The notes under the pieces: generated by a model | Database searches by the model: none | Told to the model about the DNA's origin: nothing | The model's input: the letters and a program-made list of their open reading frames with translations, nothing else | Origin: an uncultured Smithella sp. | GTDB taxonomy: Bacteria > Desulfobacterota > Syntrophia > Syntrophales > Smithellaceae | Assembly (NCBI GenBank): GCA_964479225.1 | Contig: CAYZLL010000004.1 | Coordinates: forward strand, 1 to 52,205 | Reading direction: 5' to 3' | DNA length: 52,205 nucleotides | Shown here: positions 30,267-41,141 of the stretch, in pieces | How the letters are laid out: the number at the start of each line of letters is the position of its first letter | How positions within the stretch are numbered: the first letter of the stretch is position 1 | Translations under genes and position numbers: made by a program

Positions 30267-31361
30267 ATGCGGATCGTAATTGCAGGAGGAGGCACAGGCG
30301 GACATTTATTCCCCGGCATTGCGATTGCTGAAGAATTTTTGAAAAGAGATGACCAGACGCAGATTATTTTTATCGGGACGAAAAGAGGCATCGAAAGCAG
30401 ATTGCTCGGTCAACTCGGTTACGAACTCATGGAGATTGATATTGAAGGTGTCAAGGGACGGGGGATAAAAGCGTTGATGAAAGTCGTTTATCAGATTCCC
30501 AAAAGCATGGGCCAGTCCAGACGAATTCTAAAACAGTTTCAACCGGACATGGTTGTGGGTGTTGGCGGTTACGCGTCAGGGCCGGCGTTGCTGATGGCAC
30601 ACTGGATGGGGTTGCCGACAGCGATAGCAGAACAGAACGCCACTCCCGGTGTCACCAATAAGATCCTGGGGAAGTTTGCTGATAAGATATTCGTGACGTA
30701 TGAACAGACGCGAACATTTTTTCCGCACGCAAAGGTTGTGTTCAGCGGCAATCCGGTCCGCGCTTCTTTTACCTCCGGGAAGCTGAAAGGGAAACCGGAA
30801 AGAACGCATCGGCAACTGCTCATTTTCGGCGGGTCTCAGGGAGCGGAAGCGATCAACAAAAGCGTTATTGAAATGCTGCCGCAATTAAGCGGGATAAAAG
30901 ATGAAATACGTATTTTACATCAGACCGGCCAACGGCAACTGGAAGAAGTCAAAAAAGCGTACGGGCAGTTCGGCATCCAGGCGGATGTCCAGTCATTTAT
31001 TATGGACATGGCCCAGGCTTATGCTGATTCCGACCTGATCATCTGTCGTGCCGGCGCCACGTCGCTGGCGGAGATCACCGCGGCAGGCAAGGCGGCGGTT
31101 TTGATTCCGTATCCCTGGGCGGCCAACGATCATCAATTAAAAAACGCTCAGGCTCTGGAGGCGGAAGGTGCGGCGGCCGTCATTGAGGAGCGCGAACTAA
31201 GCGGCGCCAGATTATTCGGTGTTGTGGAGAATTTGCTGCGGGATGGAAAAAAAATAAAACACATGGAAGAAAATTCATCGAGAATCAGCAAAATTGATGC
31301 GGCAGCGACCATTGTTGATGCCTGCATTCACTTGATGACGGAAAAGAAAAGTCACCATTAG
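30267..31361 (+). CDS. murG: UDP-N-acetylglucosamine--N-acetylmuramyl-(pentapeptide) pyrophosphoryl-undecaprenol GlcNAc transferase
   Basis: GGTGGHLFP motif, GGSQGA, and the C-terminal GT28 domain. Confidence 0.9.
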   Translation: MRIVIAGGGTGGHLFPGIAIAEEFLKRDDQTQIIFIGTKRGIESRLLGQLGYELMEIDIEGVKGRGIKALMKVVYQIPKSMGQSRRILKQFQPDMVVGVGGYASGPALLMAHWMGLPTAIAEQNATPGVTNKILGKFADKIFVTYEQTRTFFPHAKVVFSGNPVRASFTSGKLKGKPERTHRQLLIFGGSQGAEAINKSVIEMLPQLSGIKDEIRILHQTGQRQLEEVKKAYGQFGIQADVQSFIMDMAQAYADSDLIICRAGATSLAEITAAGKAAVLIPYPWAANDHQLKNAQALEAEGAAAVIEERELSGARLFGVVENLLRDGKKIKHMEENSSRISKIDAAATIVDACIHLMTEKKSHH

Positions 31362-31386
31362 AAAAGAGAAGAGACGAGAAGGATTG

Positions 31387-32802
31387 ATGAAAAAAGATAA
31401 AGAAAAAAGCCTGATGCAGCGCAAAGTAAAACGCATTCATTTTGTCGGCATCGGCGGCATTGGCATGAGCGGGATCGCAGAAGTGCTGGTTAATCTCGGC
31501 TATAATGTGAGCGGTTCCGACGTTCAACCGTCGGAGACGACGACGCGCCTGCAAAAAATCGGCGCGAAGATCGTGATCGGACATGCGGCGGAAAATATCG
31601 GCAATACCGACGTTGTCGTGACCTCGACGGCAGTAAGGGAAAACAATCCGGAAGTGGTGGAAGCGCACCGGAAAAATATTCCGGTTATTCCGCGCGCGGA
31701 AATGCTGGCGGAGCTGCTCAAGATGAAGTTTTCCGTCGCCGTTTCCGGCAGTCACGGCAAAACCACAACGACCTCCATGGTTGCCACCATCCTGGCGCAG
31801 GGCGATCTGGATCCGACCATGGTGATTGGCGGAAAACTGGCCAGCATCGGCAGTAATGCCCGTCTGGGGGATGGAGAAATCATTGTAGCGGAAGCCGATG
31901 AAAGTGATGGATCATTTCTGAAATTATCGCCGACCATCGCGGTCATTACCAACATCGACCGCGAGCATCTGGATTATTACCCCGGCATCGTCGAAATCAA
32001 GGATGCGTTTCTCAAATTCGCCAACATCGTTCCTTTTTACGGCTGCACGGTTGTCTGTGTCGATAATGCACACATGCAGGAAATCATTCCTTCTATAAAA
32101 CGCAGAATGATCACCTACGGCATTGAGACGCCTGCGGATTATAGTGCTGTGGATATTAAATTTTCGAAGAGAAAAACCTGCTACACCCTGATTTATAAAG
32201 GCGAAAAACTGGGCCAAATGGAATTGACCGTCCCCGGCCTGTTCAACGTTTACAATTCGCTGGCGGCGATCGCCGTGGCGAGAGAACTGAATCTGGATAT
32301 TGCAACGATCAAGGAAGGGCTGAAGAGCTTCTCGGGCGTACAACGACGGATGGAAATCAAGGGAAGAGTGGGTGAAATAACCGTTGTTGATGATTACGGT
32401 CATCACCCAACAGAAATAAAAGAGACGCTGTCGGCCATGCGGCAGCTCTGGCAGGACCGGTTGATTGTTGTCTTTCAGCCGCACCGGTACACCCGGACGA
32501 AAGCACTGTTCGACGAATTTACCCGGGCTTTCCGTGGGGTGGATATCTTAATTTTAAACGACATCTATCCGGCCAGCGAAGAACCGATTGAAGGCATCAA
32601 TTCCGCAGCGCTTGGCGAAGCAATCAGAAAAGCGGGGCCAAAGCATGTGGAGTATATTTCCGGTGCGGAAGCAACCGTCGAATATCTCCTCAAAACAGTC
32701 CAGGAAAAGGATACCGTGGCGACCATCGGCGCCGGGAGCATTTACAAAATTGGTGAAGCGTTCATCAAAGCCCTGGTGGCAAGGGAAACAGAAAAGAAAT
32801 GA
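31387..32802 (+). CDS. murC: UDP-N-acetylmuramate--L-alanine ligase
   Basis: HFVGIGGIGMSGIA, GSHGKTTTTSM and DDYGHHPTE motifs. Possible starts are TTG 31384, ATG 31387 or ATG 31414. Confidence 0.9.
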   Translation: MKKDKEKSLMQRKVKRIHFVGIGGIGMSGIAEVLVNLGYNVSGSDVQPSETTTRLQKIGAKIVIGHAAENIGNTDVVVTSTAVRENNPEVVEAHRKNIPVIPRAEMLAELLKMKFSVAVSGSHGKTTTTSMVATILAQGDLDPTMVIGGKLASIGSNARLGDGEIIVAEADESDGSFLKLSPTIAVITNIDREHLDYYPGIVEIKDAFLKFANIVPFYGCTVVCVDNAHMQEIIPSIKRRMITYGIETPADYSAVDIKFSKRKTCYTLIYKGEKLGQMELTVPGLFNVYNSLAAIAVARELNLDIATIKEGLKSFSGVQRRMEIKGRVGEITVVDDYGHHPTEIKETLSAMRQLWQDRLIVVFQPHRYTRTKALFDEFTRAFRGVDILILNDIYPASEEPIEGINSAALGEAIRKAGPKHVEYISGAEATVEYLLKTVQEKDTVATIGAGSIYKIGEAFIKALVARETEKK

Positions 32803-33737
32803 CGGGCGGAAATGAAATTCAAGAAGCGCTCAAAGACATTCATGCCGGAAAGGTATTGTTTGACGAAAAAATGTCCGCTCATACCTCGCTGAAAGTCGGA
32901 GGATGCGCTGACGCACTCATCTGGATAGAAAATGCAACGCAACTAATAGCGATTGTCCAAAGACTGAGGGCAAAGAACATAAAATTTTTTCCGGCGGGAA
33001 ATTTGACCAACATCATTGTGCGGGACGGTGGATACAGGGGAGCAATTTTGCTGATGACGGGGATGAAAGATATTTATTGCGAACAGACATCCGCAGACCG
33101 GTATATGGTTTCGGCTATGGCCGGCGTTTCTCTGGCAAAAGTTGTTAACCAGTCCTTGGCGGAGGAACTGACCGGCCTGGAATTTTGCGCCGGGATCCCC
33201 GGCAGTGTCGGCGGCGCCGTCTGGATGAATGCCGGGGCTTACGGCAAAGAAATGAAAGATGTCATTCAAGAGGTCGATATACTGGATTCCTCATCTACGA
33301 AAAGAACCATGCGCAGAGAAAAAATATCTTTCAGCTACCGTCATACGGATTTTCCCGACGACACCATCATCCTGAGCGCTCAATTTCAGTTGGAAAGAGG
33401 CGAACGCGCGGTGATTAAGGACAGAATCAACGAAATTATGCAATGGCGTCAAGAAAAACACCCGCTGGAGTATCCCAGTGCCGGATCCGTTTTTAAGAAT
33501 CTGCCGGGGATGCCGGCCGGGAAAATCATTGAAGAAATGGGTCTCAAGGGCGCGACGGTGGGAGGAGCGCAGGTATCGCCCAAACATGCCAATTTTATTA
33601 TTAACCGGGGCGAGGCCACCGCTTTGGACATTTTGAGCCTGATTGAACTGATTCAATCCAGGATCCGGCAGGAAAAGGGCGTGGCGCTAGAAACGGAAGT
33701 TGTGATTATCGGAGAAAATGAATGTTCAGAAAAATAA
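32799..33737 (+). CDS. murB: UDP-N-acetylenolpyruvoylglucosamine reductase
   Basis: FAD-binding domain (TSLKVGG, GAGSN-like region) and SAGSVFKNP-like motif (SAGSVFKNL). ATGA overlap with murC. Confidence 0.9.
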   Translation: MTGGNEIQEALKDIHAGKVLFDEKMSAHTSLKVGGCADALIWIENATQLIAIVQRLRAKNIKFFPAGNLTNIIVRDGGYRGAILLMTGMKDIYCEQTSADRYMVSAMAGVSLAKVVNQSLAEELTGLEFCAGIPGSVGGAVWMNAGAYGKEMKDVIQEVDILDSSSTKRTMRREKISFSYRHTDFPDDTIILSAQFQLERGERAVIKDRINEIMQWRQEKHPLEYPSAGSVFKNLPGMPAGKIIEEMGLKGATVGGAQVSPKHANFIINRGEATALDILSLIELIQSRIRQEKGVALETEVVIIGENECSEK

Positions 33738-34576
33738 TGCGCAAAAAATCGGAAATCGCAAAAAAGCAAAACAGGCTGCGTCGCCGCCTGAGTAATGTTT
33801 CCGGTGATTTGTTTGCCGCGGGGGTTTTATTGTCGGTGGCGGTATGTCTGACCATCGCCTTTATTTATTCCTACAGCTTGATGGTCAGCAGCCCCTATTT
33901 CCAGATTCAGGAAATATCCGTGCGGGGATTAAAGGAACTGACTGAAAAGGACATTCTCGCTTCGGCGAACATCAAGCCTATGCAGAATATTTTGTCTGTC
34001 AATACGGAGGCCGTGGTGCGCCGGATTGCCGCCAATCAGTGGGTGGAAAATGTTTATGTCGGCAGAGAATTTCCCGGGAAACTTGTTCTGCAAGTGCAGG
34101 AAAGAACCCCGCTGGCCCTGGTGAAGCAGTCCGATGATTTTTATCTGATGGATGCCAAAGGTTTTGTCTTTAAGCGATTGATGAAAAACGACGCGGTCGA
34201 TCTTCCCGTCATCACCGGTGTTCGAACGGAAGAAAAAACGGCGTCACCGCTTATTTTGAGCACGCTGACCTTCTTGCAGACGGTTTCGCGTTCCGAAGAA
34301 TATGCCTACCTGGGCACCATTTCAGAAATTAATGTCGATTCTGTTTTCGGTGTTGCGCTTATTTTTGACAAGGGGTTGTATTTAAAACTCGGCACGGAAG
34401 GTTTTGAAAACAAACTGAAGAAACTGAAAAGCGTCCTGGCCGATCTGGAAAACAGAGGGATGAAAACCGGTTATGTATGTGTCGATTTATCCGATGCGTC
34501 GAAAGTAACGATTAAGCGCAAAAACATTCCGGAGCGAGTGGCGCAGGATGATAAAAGCAAACAATATCAAATTTGA
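33722..34576 (+). CDS. ftsQ: Cell division protein FtsQ (TM plus POTRA)
   Basis: One TM helix and a POTRA segment (IQEISVRGLKELTEKDILASANI). Position before ftsA fits. The 5' end overlaps the murB 3' end by 16 nt; ATG 33737 is an alternative start. Confidence 0.8.
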   Translation: MFRKIMRKKSEIAKKQNRLRRRLSNVSGDLFAAGVLLSVAVCLTIAFIYSYSLMVSSPYFQIQEISVRGLKELTEKDILASANIKPMQNILSVNTEAVVRRIAANQWVENVYVGREFPGKLVLQVQERTPLALVKQSDDFYLMDAKGFVFKRLMKNDAVDLPVITGVRTEEKTASPLILSTLTFLQTVSRSEEYAYLGTISEINVDSVFGVALIFDKGLYLKLGTEGFENKLKKLKSVLADLENRGMKTGYVCVDLSDASKVTIKRKNIPERVAQDDKSKQYQI

Positions 34577-34615
34577 GTTTATGGATCAGTCAAACTAAAA
34601 AGAGGGGAAACACGG

Positions 34616-35833
34616 ATGGTTAAGAGAAGTAATGTCATCGTCGGTCTCGATATCGGGACCACCAAAACCACTGCGATCGTCGGCGATGTTACCGAAAGCG
34701 GTATTGACATCATCGGCATCGGTACATCGCAAAACAGGGAAATGCGCAAGGGAACGGTTGTTAACATCGACAGCATGGTGGAGTCGATCAAGATGGCCGT
34801 GGAGGAAGCCGAGCATATGTCCGGTTGCCGGATCAACTCCGTGTTTGTCGGTATCTCCGGCAATCACATCAAGGGACAGAATTCCTTGAGCATCGTATCC
34901 ATCAAGGGCAGAGAAGTTGACGAGAAAGACGTTCAGCGCGTGATTGAAGCATCCGAAGCGATCGCCATTCCCCTCGGCAGAAAAATACTGCACGTTCTTC
35001 CCCAGAGTTATGTGATTGACGGCCAGGAAGGCATCAAGGATCCTATCGGTATGTCCGGCGTCCGTTTGGAGGCGAAGGTGCACATTGTCACCGGAGCGAT
35101 TTCCGCCATTCAGGACATTGAAAAATCCGTTAACCGCGTCGGCTTGGATATTGATGGTATTGTGCTGGAACAGCTGGCGGCGGGCGAAGCGGTACTCAGC
35201 AAAGATGAAAAAGAACTGGGGGTTGTGCTGGTGGACATCGGCGGGGCCAACACGTCGGTGACCATCTTTTCCGAATCAAGCATCAAGCACACGGCAATCC
35301 TGCCTGTCGGCGGGAACTATCTTACGTCGGATATCTCCACCGGTTTGCGCACACCGCTGGCCGAAGCCGAAAAAATAAAAATTAAATACGGCTGTGCCAT
35401 GACGGCCATCATACCGAAAGATGAAACCATCCGGGTGCCCAGTCTGGGCGGTCGCGAAGACCGTGAAGTTTCGCGTCAAATACTCGGGCGCATCGTCGAA
35501 CCCAGAATGGAGGAAATCTTGAACCTGGCTTATAACGAGGTGGTCAAATTCGGTTTTGAAGATTTACTGGCGGCGGGTGTTGTCTTAACCGGAGGCACAT
35601 CGCTTCTGGAAGGCGTCAGCGAGCTGGCCGAGAAAATTTTTGACATGCAGGCGCGCAAAGGCATTCCCATCAACGTGGGCGGATTGACGGACATTGCCAA
35701 TTCGCCGGCGCATGCCATCGGTGTGGGGTTGATCCTTTACGGCCACAACCAGAATGTTTTAAACGGCGTTTCAACAGGAATGTTTGGAAATATAAAAAGA
35801 AGCGTAAAGAAAATGTTTTCAGATTTTTTTTGA
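34616..35833 (+). CDS. ftsA: Cell division protein FtsA
   Basis: Actin-like ATPase motifs (GLDIGTTK, VLVDIGGANT, VVLTGGTS). Confidence 0.92.
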   Translation: MVKRSNVIVGLDIGTTKTTAIVGDVTESGIDIIGIGTSQNREMRKGTVVNIDSMVESIKMAVEEAEHMSGCRINSVFVGISGNHIKGQNSLSIVSIKGREVDEKDVQRVIEASEAIAIPLGRKILHVLPQSYVIDGQEGIKDPIGMSGVRLEAKVHIVTGAISAIQDIEKSVNRVGLDIDGIVLEQLAAGEAVLSKDEKELGVVLVDIGGANTSVTIFSESSIKHTAILPVGGNYLTSDISTGLRTPLAEAEKIKIKYGCAMTAIIPKDETIRVPSLGGREDREVSRQILGRIVEPRMEEILNLAYNEVVKFGFEDLLAAGVVLTGGTSLLEGVSELAEKIFDMQARKGIPINVGGLTDIANSPAHAIGVGLILYGHNQNVLNGVSTGMFGNIKRSVKKMFSDFF

Positions 35834-35848
35834 AAGGAAGGAGAGAAC

Positions 35849-37006
35849 ATGTTTGAATTAACTGAAGTATGTACCGAAAATCTGGCAAAAATCAAGGTGA
35901 TTGGAGTGGGCGGCGGCGGCGGAAACGCCGTCAACACGATGATTTCATACTGCCTGCAGGGGGTTGATTTCGTCAATGCGAACACGGATGCGCAGGCTCT
36001 GGGCGTATCCAGCGCGCCGGTCAAAATTCAAATCGGCACGCAAATAACCAAAGGTCTGGGGGCCGGTTCCGATCCGGAAATCGGCAAGCAGTCCGCTCTG
36101 GAATCCCGCGATGAAATCAAGCCTTATCTGGAAGGCGCGGATATGATTTTCATTACCGCGGGCATGGGCGGAGGCACCGGAACAGGCGCGGCGCCGGTGA
36201 TTGCGGAGATTGCCCGGGAGTGCAGCGTGCTGACGATTGCCGTGGTCACTAAGCCTTTTCAGTTTGAAGGCAAGAAACGCAACATTCAGGCAGAAGAAGG
36301 CATCGCCCAGTTACGGGATGCCGTCGATACGCTGATTGTTGTGCCCAACCAGAGACTTTTAAGCCTGGGCGGACGCAATCTGTCCCTGCTGGAAGCCTTC
36401 AAAAAAGCGGATGACGTTCTGTATCAGGCGGTCAAGGGCATATCCGATCTCATTCTGGTTCCGGGCCTGATCAATCTGGACTTTGCTGATGTCCGCAGCG
36501 TCATGAGCAACATGGGCATGGCCATTATGGGAACCGGCGTGGCCAGCGGTGAAAACAGAGCGGCGGAAGCCGCCCAGCGAGCCATTTCCTCTCCCCTTCT
36601 GGAAGACAATACCATTCAGGGCGCGCACGGCATTCTGCTCAACATCACCGGCGGTTCGGATCTGAGCCTTTATGAAGTCAACGAAGCTTCGTCGCTGATT
36701 CAGGAAGAAGCCGATGAAGATGCCAATATCATTTTCGGCACGGTCATTGATCCGAATATGGAAGATGAAGTTCGCATTACCGTTATCGCCACCGGTTTTG
36801 ATGATTTTTCCAGAAAGAAAAACGAATCCATCGGTAACGTCACGCGCTTCCGCGGACTGGGTTCCAGAGAAGACCTGTCCACGCCAACGTACATCCGCAG
36901 AGAAAGAAAACTGAACACCGGGGAAGTCGCCGTGGTCGGCCTCGGGGATGAAAACGAAAACATGGATATACAGATTCCGACATTTTTAAGGCGTCAGGCT
37001 GACTGA
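35849..37006 (+). CDS. ftsZ: Cell division GTPase FtsZ
   Basis: Tubulin signature [18 protein letters not shown], and the conserved C-terminal peptide DIPTFLRRQ. Confidence 0.95.
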   Translation: MFELTEVCTENLAKIKVIGVGGGGGNAVNTMISYCLQGVDFVNANTDAQALGVSSAPVKIQIGTQITKGLGAGSDPEIGKQSALESRDEIKPYLEGADMIFITAGMGGGTGTGAAPVIAEIARECSVLTIAVVTKPFQFEGKKRNIQAEEGIAQLRDAVDTLIVVPNQRLLSLGGRNLSLLEAFKKADDVLYQAVKGISDLILVPGLINLDFADVRSVMSNMGMAIMGTGVASGENRAAEAAQRAISSPLLEDNTIQGAHGILLNITGGSDLSLYEVNEASSLIQEEADEDANIIFGTVIDPNMEDEVRITVIATGFDDFSRKKNESIGNVTRFRGLGSREDLSTPTYIRRERKLNTGEVAVVGLGDENENMDIQIPTFLRRQAD

Positions 37007-37085
37007 TCAGCGTGAAGAGTTCATGTTTGGCTCCATGGTTCAAAAGTGACAGGGGCATTTACAGAATATAGGTCATCATAAAGCC

Positions 37086-38777
37086 ATGGATTGGAAACTG
37101 AAGAAAACGTATGCCGGTATTCTGGAAAATGAGAACGGTTATGTAAAGAAAATTTGGGGAGAATATAATACGGTTTGCCTTGCTTATCCCAATCATTACC
37201 GGACAGGCATGGCCAATCTGGGTTTCCAAACCATTTATAAGATATTGAATGCTCAACCTTCCTTTCTTTGTGAGAGGGTATTCCTGCCCGTTTCCGGAAG
37301 CGAGGCCAGATTCGCTTCCGGAGCGGCGGGAATCTTTAGTCTGGAAAATCAAAAACCAATTCACGATTTTGACATTTTGGCTTTTTCCGTTTCTTTTGAA
37401 AACGATTATCCCCATATTTTAGAAATGATGTATAAGGCCGGCATCCCTCTGTTGGCGAAGGATCGCTCCGAAAAATATCCCCTGGTGATCGGCGGCGGCA
37501 TTGCCCTGACGCTGAATCCGGAGCCACCGGCAGATTTTTTCGATCTTTTTATTCTGGGCGAAGCGGAAGAAATCTTGCCGCAGTTTTGCCGTGCTTTTGA
37601 AGAGGCACGCCGCCTGGGTCAGTCGCGTCAGGAATTCTTGAGGTTCGCACAAAAAAATCTGAACAACCTTTATGTTCCCGGTCTTTATGACGTCCATTAT
37701 TCCTCGGAAAGTAAAATCAAGTCCATGAAACCGCGGGAAGACGGACTGCCCGAAAAAGTAAAAGTACAGCGTGTCCGGGACCTGGATGATTTTTGCACCG
37801 AGGAAGTGATCAGTGCGCCCCAAACCGAAATGGAAGACATGTTTCTGGTGGAGGTGAACAGAGGCTGTGCCAGAGCCTGCCGCTTTTGCGCGGCCAGTTT
37901 TGTATATCATCCGGTGCGTTTTCGCAGTCGTCCGGAGATTTTAAAATCCATTGATCGGGGTCTGCAACGAAAAAAGAAGATCGGTTTGATTGGAACGGCC
38001 GTATCCGATCATCCCGAGTTACTTCCTATTTGCGAGTATATTATTGCGCAAAAAGCTCAGGCCGGTCTCGGGTCCCTGCGTATCGATCAGATCAATGAAA
38101 AAATAGTCGATTTGATCAAGGAAGGCGGCATTGAAACGGTGGCGCTGGCGCCGGAAGCGGGCAGCCAGAGATTACGTGATGTTTTGCACAAAGGCATATC
38201 GGAAGCCGATATCCTGAATGCCGCAGAATTGCTGGCGGGAAAAGAAATTTCCAATTTAAGGCTTTATTTTATGATCGGGCTTCCCAAAGAAGAAGAAAAC
38301 GATATCGACGCCATCATTGAGCTGACTAAAAAAATTCAGCACCATATCCGCAATAAATATGCGGGAAAGAAAAAGTTCCGCAGGATTATTCTGAGCGTCA
38401 ACCAGTTTATTCCCAAGCCGTCCACGCCTTTTCAATGGTGCCCTCTGGAAGATGTCAGCATGGCCGGGAAGAAAATAAAAAAGATTGAAAACGCATTCCG
38501 CAAAGACAAGCAGATCAAAGTCATCCACGATGTTCCCAAATGGAATTATATTCAGGCGCTGCTTTCCCTGGGGGACCGCCGTGTGGGAGAAATTCTGCTG
38601 GCCGTACACCGCCTGGAAGGCAACTGGGCGCGTGCGCTCAAAGAGGTCACGATTAATCCGGATTTTTATGTTTACCGTCTAAAGCCATTTGATGAAGTGC
38701 TGCCCTGGGATATCATTCATCTGGGTGTTTCTAAAAAAGCGCTTATTTCAGAATACCGGAAAGCCATGCAGGAATAA
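37086..38777 (+). CDS. B12-binding-domain radical SAM protein (563 aa)
   Basis: Cx3Cx2C motif in CARACRFCAAS. The N-terminal region resembles the cobalamin-binding-like domain seen in large radical SAM proteins. Confidence 0.75.
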   Translation: MDWKLKKTYAGILENENGYVKKIWGEYNTVCLAYPNHYRTGMANLGFQTIYKILNAQPSFLCERVFLPVSGSEARFASGAAGIFSLENQKPIHDFDILAFSVSFENDYPHILEMMYKAGIPLLAKDRSEKYPLVIGGGIALTLNPEPPADFFDLFILGEAEEILPQFCRAFEEARRLGQSRQEFLRFAQKNLNNLYVPGLYDVHYSSESKIKSMKPREDGLPEKVKVQRVRDLDDFCTEEVISAPQTEMEDMFLVEVNRGCARACRFCAASFVYHPVRFRSRPEILKSIDRGLQRKKKIGLIGTAVSDHPELLPICEYIIAQKAQAGLGSLRIDQINEKIVDLIKEGGIETVALAPEAGSQRLRDVLHKGISEADILNAAELLAGKEISNLRLYFMIGLPKEEENDIDAIIELTKKIQHHIRNKYAGKKKFRRIILSVNQFIPKPSTPFQWCPLEDVSMAGKKIKKIENAFRKDKQIKVIHDVPKWNYIQALLSLGDRRVGEILLAVHRLEGNWARALKEVTINPDFYVYRLKPFDEVLPWDIIHLGVSKKALISEYRKAMQE

Positions 38778-38874
38778 AAATAAATTAGCCGATGAACAAC
38801 TCGGTTTGTGAAGCTAAATTTGAGTGGACAAGATGGGCAAATCGTTATTATATAATGCAAAAAAACAAGGATAA

Positions 38875-39708
38875 TTGGACAAAAAAATGGAAAGTGCGAT
38901 TGCCCAAGCGATTCAATTAAAATACCAGCCCGTAGCGCTTTTGTGGTCGAATGAAAAACCGGCCGACGCCATGCAGTTTGCTGAAGGCAAGTGGGGCTGC
39001 GTGATGTGGCTGGCTGTATCCGCGGCCAAAGGCAAAGCAGCCGTAGCCGATAAAAGTACCTTCGGTTGTATCGGCGGTGGTGTGGGGTTAGGCTTTGGGG
39101 AACAGTACAAGAATTTCCCCGGCGGAGAAGGAGGTTTCTGTCATTTTCTTTCCACCGGCAATACCGAACGCCAAGGCGGTAAGGAAATTGCCGAAAAGAT
39201 AAAACCTTTCATGACCAAAGAAAGCTTTGATAATTTTCTGCACGGCGAACGATATATTCAGACTCCGGAGCTTGTGGAAAAATTTATCACGAACCTGCCG
39301 ATGATGGACATTCCCGCAAAATATGTGGTTTTTCGTCCGTTGTCCGACATTGATTTATCCGGGGAAAAACCGCAGACGGTCATTTTTTTCGTCAATCCTG
39401 ATCAACTTTCCGCCTTAACCGTTCTGGCCAATTACGGACGGGGCCATAATGAAAATGTCATCATTCCTTATGCCGCCGGCTGTCAGACGATGGGCATTTA
39501 TCCTTACCGCGAAGCAAAATCCGCAGCGCCGCGCGCGGTCGTCGGTTTGACCGATCTTTCCGCCCGCGTTTACGTTCGCAAGCAATTGGGCGATCCTCAT
39601 TTCATGACCTTTTCTGTGCCTTTCTCATTTTACGAAGAAATGGAACAAAACGTTCCCGGATCTTTTCTGGAACGCCATACCTGGCGGAGCCTGTTATCAG
39701 GGCCTTAA
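38875..39708 (+). CDS. DUF169 domain-containing protein
   Basis: LKYQPVALLWSNEKP...GKWGCVMWL...FGCIGGGVGLGFG matches my recollection of the DUF169 (COG2043) family. The start is either TTG 38875 or ATG 38887. Confidence 0.6.
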   Translation: MDKKMESAIAQAIQLKYQPVALLWSNEKPADAMQFAEGKWGCVMWLAVSAAKGKAAVADKSTFGCIGGGVGLGFGEQYKNFPGGEGGFCHFLSTGNTERQGGKEIAEKIKPFMTKESFDNFLHGERYIQTPELVEKFITNLPMMDIPAKYVVFRPLSDIDLSGEKPQTVIFFVNPDQLSALTVLANYGRGHNENVIIPYAAGCQTMGIYPYREAKSAAPRAVVGLTDLSARVYVRKQLGDPHFMTFSVPFSFYEEMEQNVPGSFLERHTWRSLLSGP

Positions 39709-39820
39709 GCCTGGTTTTTCATGCCGGAATTTTACAATTGAATTGCCTGTCTTTATCAGGTGTGTTAATTTCGGCCCGTCAAAATAATTTTTGAAATCAA
39801 TAACTGTCAGCGATATCAAG

Positions 39821-41113
39821 ATGAAATCAAAAAAAATGAGCCCTGTCCGATATCTGGAAAGTTTGAACATCAACAAAATGCGTTTCGGCCTTCAGCCCGT
39901 GACTGAACTTTTATCAAGGCTGGACAATCCACAAAAGTCGTACAAAACAATTATTGTTGGCGGTACCAACGGCAAAGGTTCTACCGCGGCGATGATCGCG
40001 TCCATCCTGCGCAGCGCCGGTTACCGGGTTGGATTATACACGTCGCCTCATCTCGTCGATGTGAGGGAGAGAATCGTCATCAACGGGAGAAAAATTTCCC
40101 GAAAGGATTTCAACCGGACCATTGAGTATGTAAAACGTAAGATTCTCAAGCCGGTAACGTACTTCGAATTTCTAACCGCTGCGGCATTTCTTTATTTTCA
40201 AGAAAAGAACATTGACATTGCCGTACTGGAAGTTGGTCTGGGAGGGCGATTGGACGCGACCAATGTGTGCACGCCGCTTGTTTCCGTCATCACCAATATT
40301 GATTTCGATCACATGGCTTATCTGGGTGGAACGCTGGAAGCGATTGCCCGCGAGAAAGCCGGCATCATCAAACGAAAAGGGATTTGCCTGACTGCGGCAA
40401 AACAAAAGAAAGTCCTCGACGTCTTTCAGGGCGTCCGTCAGCGCCGTCAGGCAGAGCTTTATGTTTTGGGATGTCATTGGAAAATTAAAAAGCAAATAGA
40501 CGGATTTTTTGCTTACGACGGATTGCATCGCCATATAAAAAATCTGAAGATTCCATTGCGGGGAAATCATCAGGCAATCAATGTCGCTCTGGCTCTGGCG
40601 ACGATAGAGATTTGTGAAGAAAAAGGTTTAAATATTAATGATACGGCGATTCGTCGGGGGCTGGAAAATACACGTTGGGCTGCCCGTCTGGAGGTCCTGC
40701 GGGAAAACCCTCTTTTTATGCTCGATGGCGCGCATAATCCTGCCGGAATCGATTCTTTGTGCCGTTTTCTGAAAAAGGATTTCTCCTGTCGCCGATTGAT
40801 TTTGATTTTCGGCGCTTTGGTGGACAAGGATTTTCGGCTCATGCTGAAAAAGATAGCGCGGTGTGCTGAAAGGATCATCTTGACGCCGTTAAAAACAGAA
40901 CGGTCAGCTTCCCTAAACGAAATGAGTGCCGCCCTGATCAAAACCGGCTGCACGCCGGTCATTGCTGCAAATGTTACGCAGGCCATGGAAAAGGCCTTTG
41001 CTCTGGCCGGCAAGAAAGATGTGATTTGCGCTGCCGGTTCTTTTTATCTTGCAGGAGAGGTAAAACAGGCGTTTCCTAAACTTGCTGTCTGTGATAGTAA
41101 AAAATCACGATAA
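39821..41113 (+). CDS. folC: Bifunctional folylpolyglutamate synthase/dihydrofolate synthase
   Basis: Mur-ligase-like P-loop GTNGKGST, plus SPHL and DGAHNP motifs. ATG 39821 is preferred to TTG 39791. Confidence 0.85.
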   Translation: MKSKKMSPVRYLESLNINKMRFGLQPVTELLSRLDNPQKSYKTIIVGGTNGKGSTAAMIASILRSAGYRVGLYTSPHLVDVRERIVINGRKISRKDFNRTIEYVKRKILKPVTYFEFLTAAAFLYFQEKNIDIAVLEVGLGGRLDATNVCTPLVSVITNIDFDHMAYLGGTLEAIAREKAGIIKRKGICLTAAKQKKVLDVFQGVRQRRQAELYVLGCHWKIKKQIDGFFAYDGLHRHIKNLKIPLRGNHQAINVALALATIEICEEKGLNINDTAIRRGLENTRWAARLEVLRENPLFMLDGAHNPAGIDSLCRFLKKDFSCRRLILIFGALVDKDFRLMLKKIARCAERIILTPLKTERSASLNEMSAALIKTGCTPVIAANVTQAMEKAFALAGKKDVICAAGSFYLAGEVKQAFPKLAVCDSKKSR

Positions 41114-41141
41114 AATTACTCATCAAAGGTAGAAAAATAGC

